A stretch of 64,000 nt of DNA from an uncultured delta proteobacterium (lineage in GTDB: Bacteria; Myxococcota_A; Polyangia; Polyangiales; B10-G4): assembly GCA_963727445.1 (NCBI GenBank), contig CAVSGI010000021.1, forward strand, positions 288,001 through 352,000. The letters are read 5' to 3'. The number at the start of each line of letters is the position of its first letter. Within the stretch, counting starts at the first letter, position 1. Of this stretch, positions 61,603 to 64,000 are shown piece after piece. Position numbers and translations under genes: made by a program. Below the pieces are notes generated by a model. That model saw only the letters and a program-made list of their open reading frames with translations. It was not told the origin of the DNA and searched no databases.

Positions 61603-63351
61603 CTACTTCTTGCGGATCAGCGGCATGGCGGTGCCGGTCATCGAGGCGCTGGCCTCGGGCGGCGGGCCCTCAGCGGGGAGCTGGACCAGCAGCTCGGCGC
61701 CGCCGCCGGGGGCGTCGCCGATCTCCACCGAGCCGCCGTGGTCGCCCACGATGCGGTGGACGATCGCGAGGCCGAGCCCGGTGCCGCCCGCCTTCGTGGT
61801 GTAGTAGGGCTCGAAGATGCGGAGGCGCTCCTCCTCCGGGATCCCCGGCCCGCTGTCCTGGATGCGAATGGACGCGCCTTCGCCCCAGGGCTCGACGATC
61901 ACCTTCACCGGTCCCGCTGTCCCACCCTCTTCGCCCCCGCCCCCCGAGGCTTCGATGGCGTTCTTGACCAGGTTCTCGAGGACCTGGGTGAGTTGATCGC
62001 GGTCGCCCTTGATCTCGCCGACCTTGCCCTTCACCTCGAAGCTCACCCCCTCGTCGCGGTGGAGAGAGACCACGTGAGAGACGATCTCCACCACGTTCAG
62101 CACGTCGGAGCGCGGCCGCGGCATGCGCGCGAATTGGCTGAACTCGGTGACGATGCGCCTGAGGCGCTCCACCTCTTCGAGGATGGTGAGCGTCGACTCC
62201 TCGAAGATCTCGGGGAAGTCGGGATGCTGCTTCTTGTACGTCTTGCGCATCGTCTCGATGGAGATCTGGATCGGTGAGAGCGGGTTCTTGATCTCGTGGG
62301 CGATGCGTCGCGCGATGTCGCGCCAGGCGGCGATGCGCTCCGCCCGCAGGAGCTTGCGCTGGGTTCGGCGCAGCTCGCGCGTCATGTCGTTGAAGGCGCC
62401 GAGGGCCTTGCCCACCTCGCCCCCGGAACGAACGGTGACGGTCGCCGTGAGATCGCCCGCGCCCACGCGCCGCGTCGCCTCCTCGAGCTCCGCCAGCGGC
62501 CTCGACAGCCAGATCGCCGATGCGCCGCCCACCAACAGCGCCAGGAAGACGGCGAAGAGCCCCGCGAAGAGCAGCCCGCGGTCCAGCGACGCCAGCTGGG
62601 TTTCGAGCGCCGAGTCGTCCAGGAGCGCGACCAGGTGCGCGGCGGGCTCCCCCTCGGCGTCGTCGAAGGCGTGCACCAGGCGCTGGTCGGCCGAGTCGGG
62701 CTCGGCCACGCCCTCGCTCAGCACCATCTCGACGTCGTGGGAGCCGCTGGCGAGATCGGCGACGTAGCTCGACGACAGGACCCGCCCGCCGACCACCCAG
62801 AGCTGCATGTTGCTGCGATCGGCCACGCATGCGGCGAGGAGCGCCCGCACGTCCGCGTGTCCATCTCCCCGTGCGACGCGCACCTCGGTGAGGAAGGGGC
62901 GCTCCGCCGCGTCCTGCGCCTCCTCCGCCAGGACCGGCGCGCGCGCGCCGCCGAGGCTCGGCAGGTGGCCGGCCCCCAGAACCTCCCCCACGTGCTCCGG
63001 GCGGCCGTCGAGGAGGTAGAGCACGTCGAGGCCGAGGGAGCGCATGAGCGGCGGCAGAAGCTCGCCGAGCTCCCGCTGGCGGCTGTCGTCGAAGCGATCG
63101 CTCGCCACGTCGAGGAGCAGGTGGTCGATGACGAAGTCGCGCTCGCAGAGCCGGTCGATCGCGCGCCGGTCTTCGTCGATGCGCTCGTCGACCCGATGCG
63201 ACGCCGCGGAGACGGCGCGATCCATGCGCCGCGCGTGCTCCTGCCGCGTGCTCTCGACGATGTTGCTGCGCGCGAACCAACCCACGGCCAGCACCGGGGC
63301 CAGCGCGGCCACCAGCGTTCCGAGGATCACTCGGGCCCGCATCCCCCGCAT
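61603..63351 (-). CDS. NtrY-like HAMP sensor histidine kinase
   Basis: Two TMs, HAMP, AWRDIARRIAHEIKNPLSPIQ, GTGLGL. Confidence 0.92.
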   Translation of the reverse strand: MRGMRARVILGTLVAALAPVLAVGWFARSNIVESTRQEHARRMDRAVSAASHRVDERIDEDRRAIDRLCERDFVIDHLLLDVASDRFDDSRQRELGELLPPLMRSLGLDVLYLLDGRPEHVGEVLGAGHLPSLGGARAPVLAEEAQDAAERPFLTEVRVARGDGHADVRALLAACVADRSNMQLWVVGGRVLSSSYVADLASGSHDVEMVLSEGVAEPDSADQRLVHAFDDAEGEPAAHLVALLDDSALETQLASLDRGLLFAGLFAVFLALLVGGASAIWLSRPLAELEEATRRVGAGDLTATVTVRSGGEVGKALGAFNDMTRELRRTQRKLLRAERIAAWRDIARRIAHEIKNPLSPIQISIETMRKTYKKQHPDFPEIFEESTLTILEEVERLRRIVTEFSQFARMPRPRSDVLNVVEIVSHVVSLHRDEGVSFEVKGKVGEIKGDRDQLTQVLENLVKNAIEASGGGGEEGGTAGPVKVIVEPWGEGASIRIQDSGPGIPEEERLRIFEPYYTTKAGGTGLGLAIVHRIVGDHGGSVEIGDAPGGGAELLVQLPAEGPPPEASASMTGTAMPLIRKK

Positions 63352-63354
63352 CGA

Positions 63355-64000
63355 TCAGCCCTCGGGCGGCGGCGCCGCCGCTCCTTCCGATCCGCTCGTC
63401 TCCTCGGGCGAGCTCGGCGCGGGCGCGGGCGCAGAGCCGCCCATCTGCTCCATCAAGAAGGTGCCGGGGTCGGCGACGTCGGGGGGGCGGGCGACCTCGG
63501 TGGGGGCGGTCCCTTCGAGGAAGACCTCGTCGATGGCGCCCTCCATCCCGTCGTAGGCCAACAGGCCCGAGGAGGGGTCGATCCGCGCCGTCACCACGCC
63601 GCTCGGCATCGGGAAGTCCACCGCCGGCTGGCCCTGCTCGCGCGCCGCGATCACGTCCACCCAGACCGGGAGCGCTGCGCGCCCGCCGCTCTCGCGACGG
63701 CCCAGGGGCCGGTTGTCGTCGAAGCCGATCCACACGCCGGCGACGGTGCTCGGCGTGTAGCCGATGAACCACGCGTCACGAGCTTCGTTGCTGGTGCCGG
63801 TCTTGCCCGCCGCCGGGCGCTCGAGCGACTGCGCGGCTCGCGCCGTGCCCTCCTCCACGACGCTGGTGAGCATGTCGGTGATCAGGAACGCTTCGGCCGG
63901 GGTCATCACGTCGCGCGGCGCCTCCGGGGTGGGGAGGGCGACGTCGCTTCCGTCGGGGCCCTCGATGCGGCTGATCAGGCGCGTCGGCGCCCAGCGACCG
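63355..64000 (-). CDS. mrcA: Class A penicillin-binding protein (PBP1A), C-terminal part; runs off window end
   Basis: AGKTGTSN..DAWFIGY, VWIGFD, ESGGRAALPVW, ID..SG.L. Confidence 0.85.
   Translation of the reverse strand, partial: GRWAPTRLISRIEGPDGSDVALPTPEAPRDVMTPAEAFLITDMLTSVVEEGTARAAQSLERPAAGKTGTSNEARDAWFIGYTPSTVAGVWIGFDDNRPLGRRESGGRAALPVWVDVIAAREQGQPAVDFPMPSGVVTARIDPSSGLLAYDGMEGAIDEVFLEGTAPTEVARPPDVADPGTFLMEQMGGSAPAPAPSSPEETSGSEGAAAPPPEG

Overview
High-GC (about 70% by eye) bacterial chromosomal segment with no rRNA, tRNA, CRISPR array, transposase or phage gene that I could recognise. The gene content points to Myxococcota, probably Polyangia/Sandaracinaceae-like (inference): Cys-rich and FG-GAP lipoproteins, a MYXO-CTERM-like tail, DUF2330, PEGA/TPR proteins and sigma54 signalling. 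Housekeeping genes (add, tatD, tcdA, gcvPB, ccmC/D, rarA, thioredoxin, mrp/apbC, nadB, metK, PBP1A) are interspersed with many secreted or lipoprotein genes. Most notable observations: (1) a ~530-bp non-coding nested-palindrome element bounded by TTAA upstream of an ArsA-family gene; (2) a secreted Fam20C/Four-jointed-like kinase; (3) a recurrent TANNNT box 6-8 nt before start codons, suggesting widespread leaderless mRNAs; (4) several sigma54 promoters with candidate enhancer sites; (5) a probable CTG-initiated secreted ADPRM-like phosphoesterase; (6) a knottin-like repeat lipoprotein; (7) four single-base frameshifts, most likely assembly errors. All family calls come from motif recognition by eye, not database searches.
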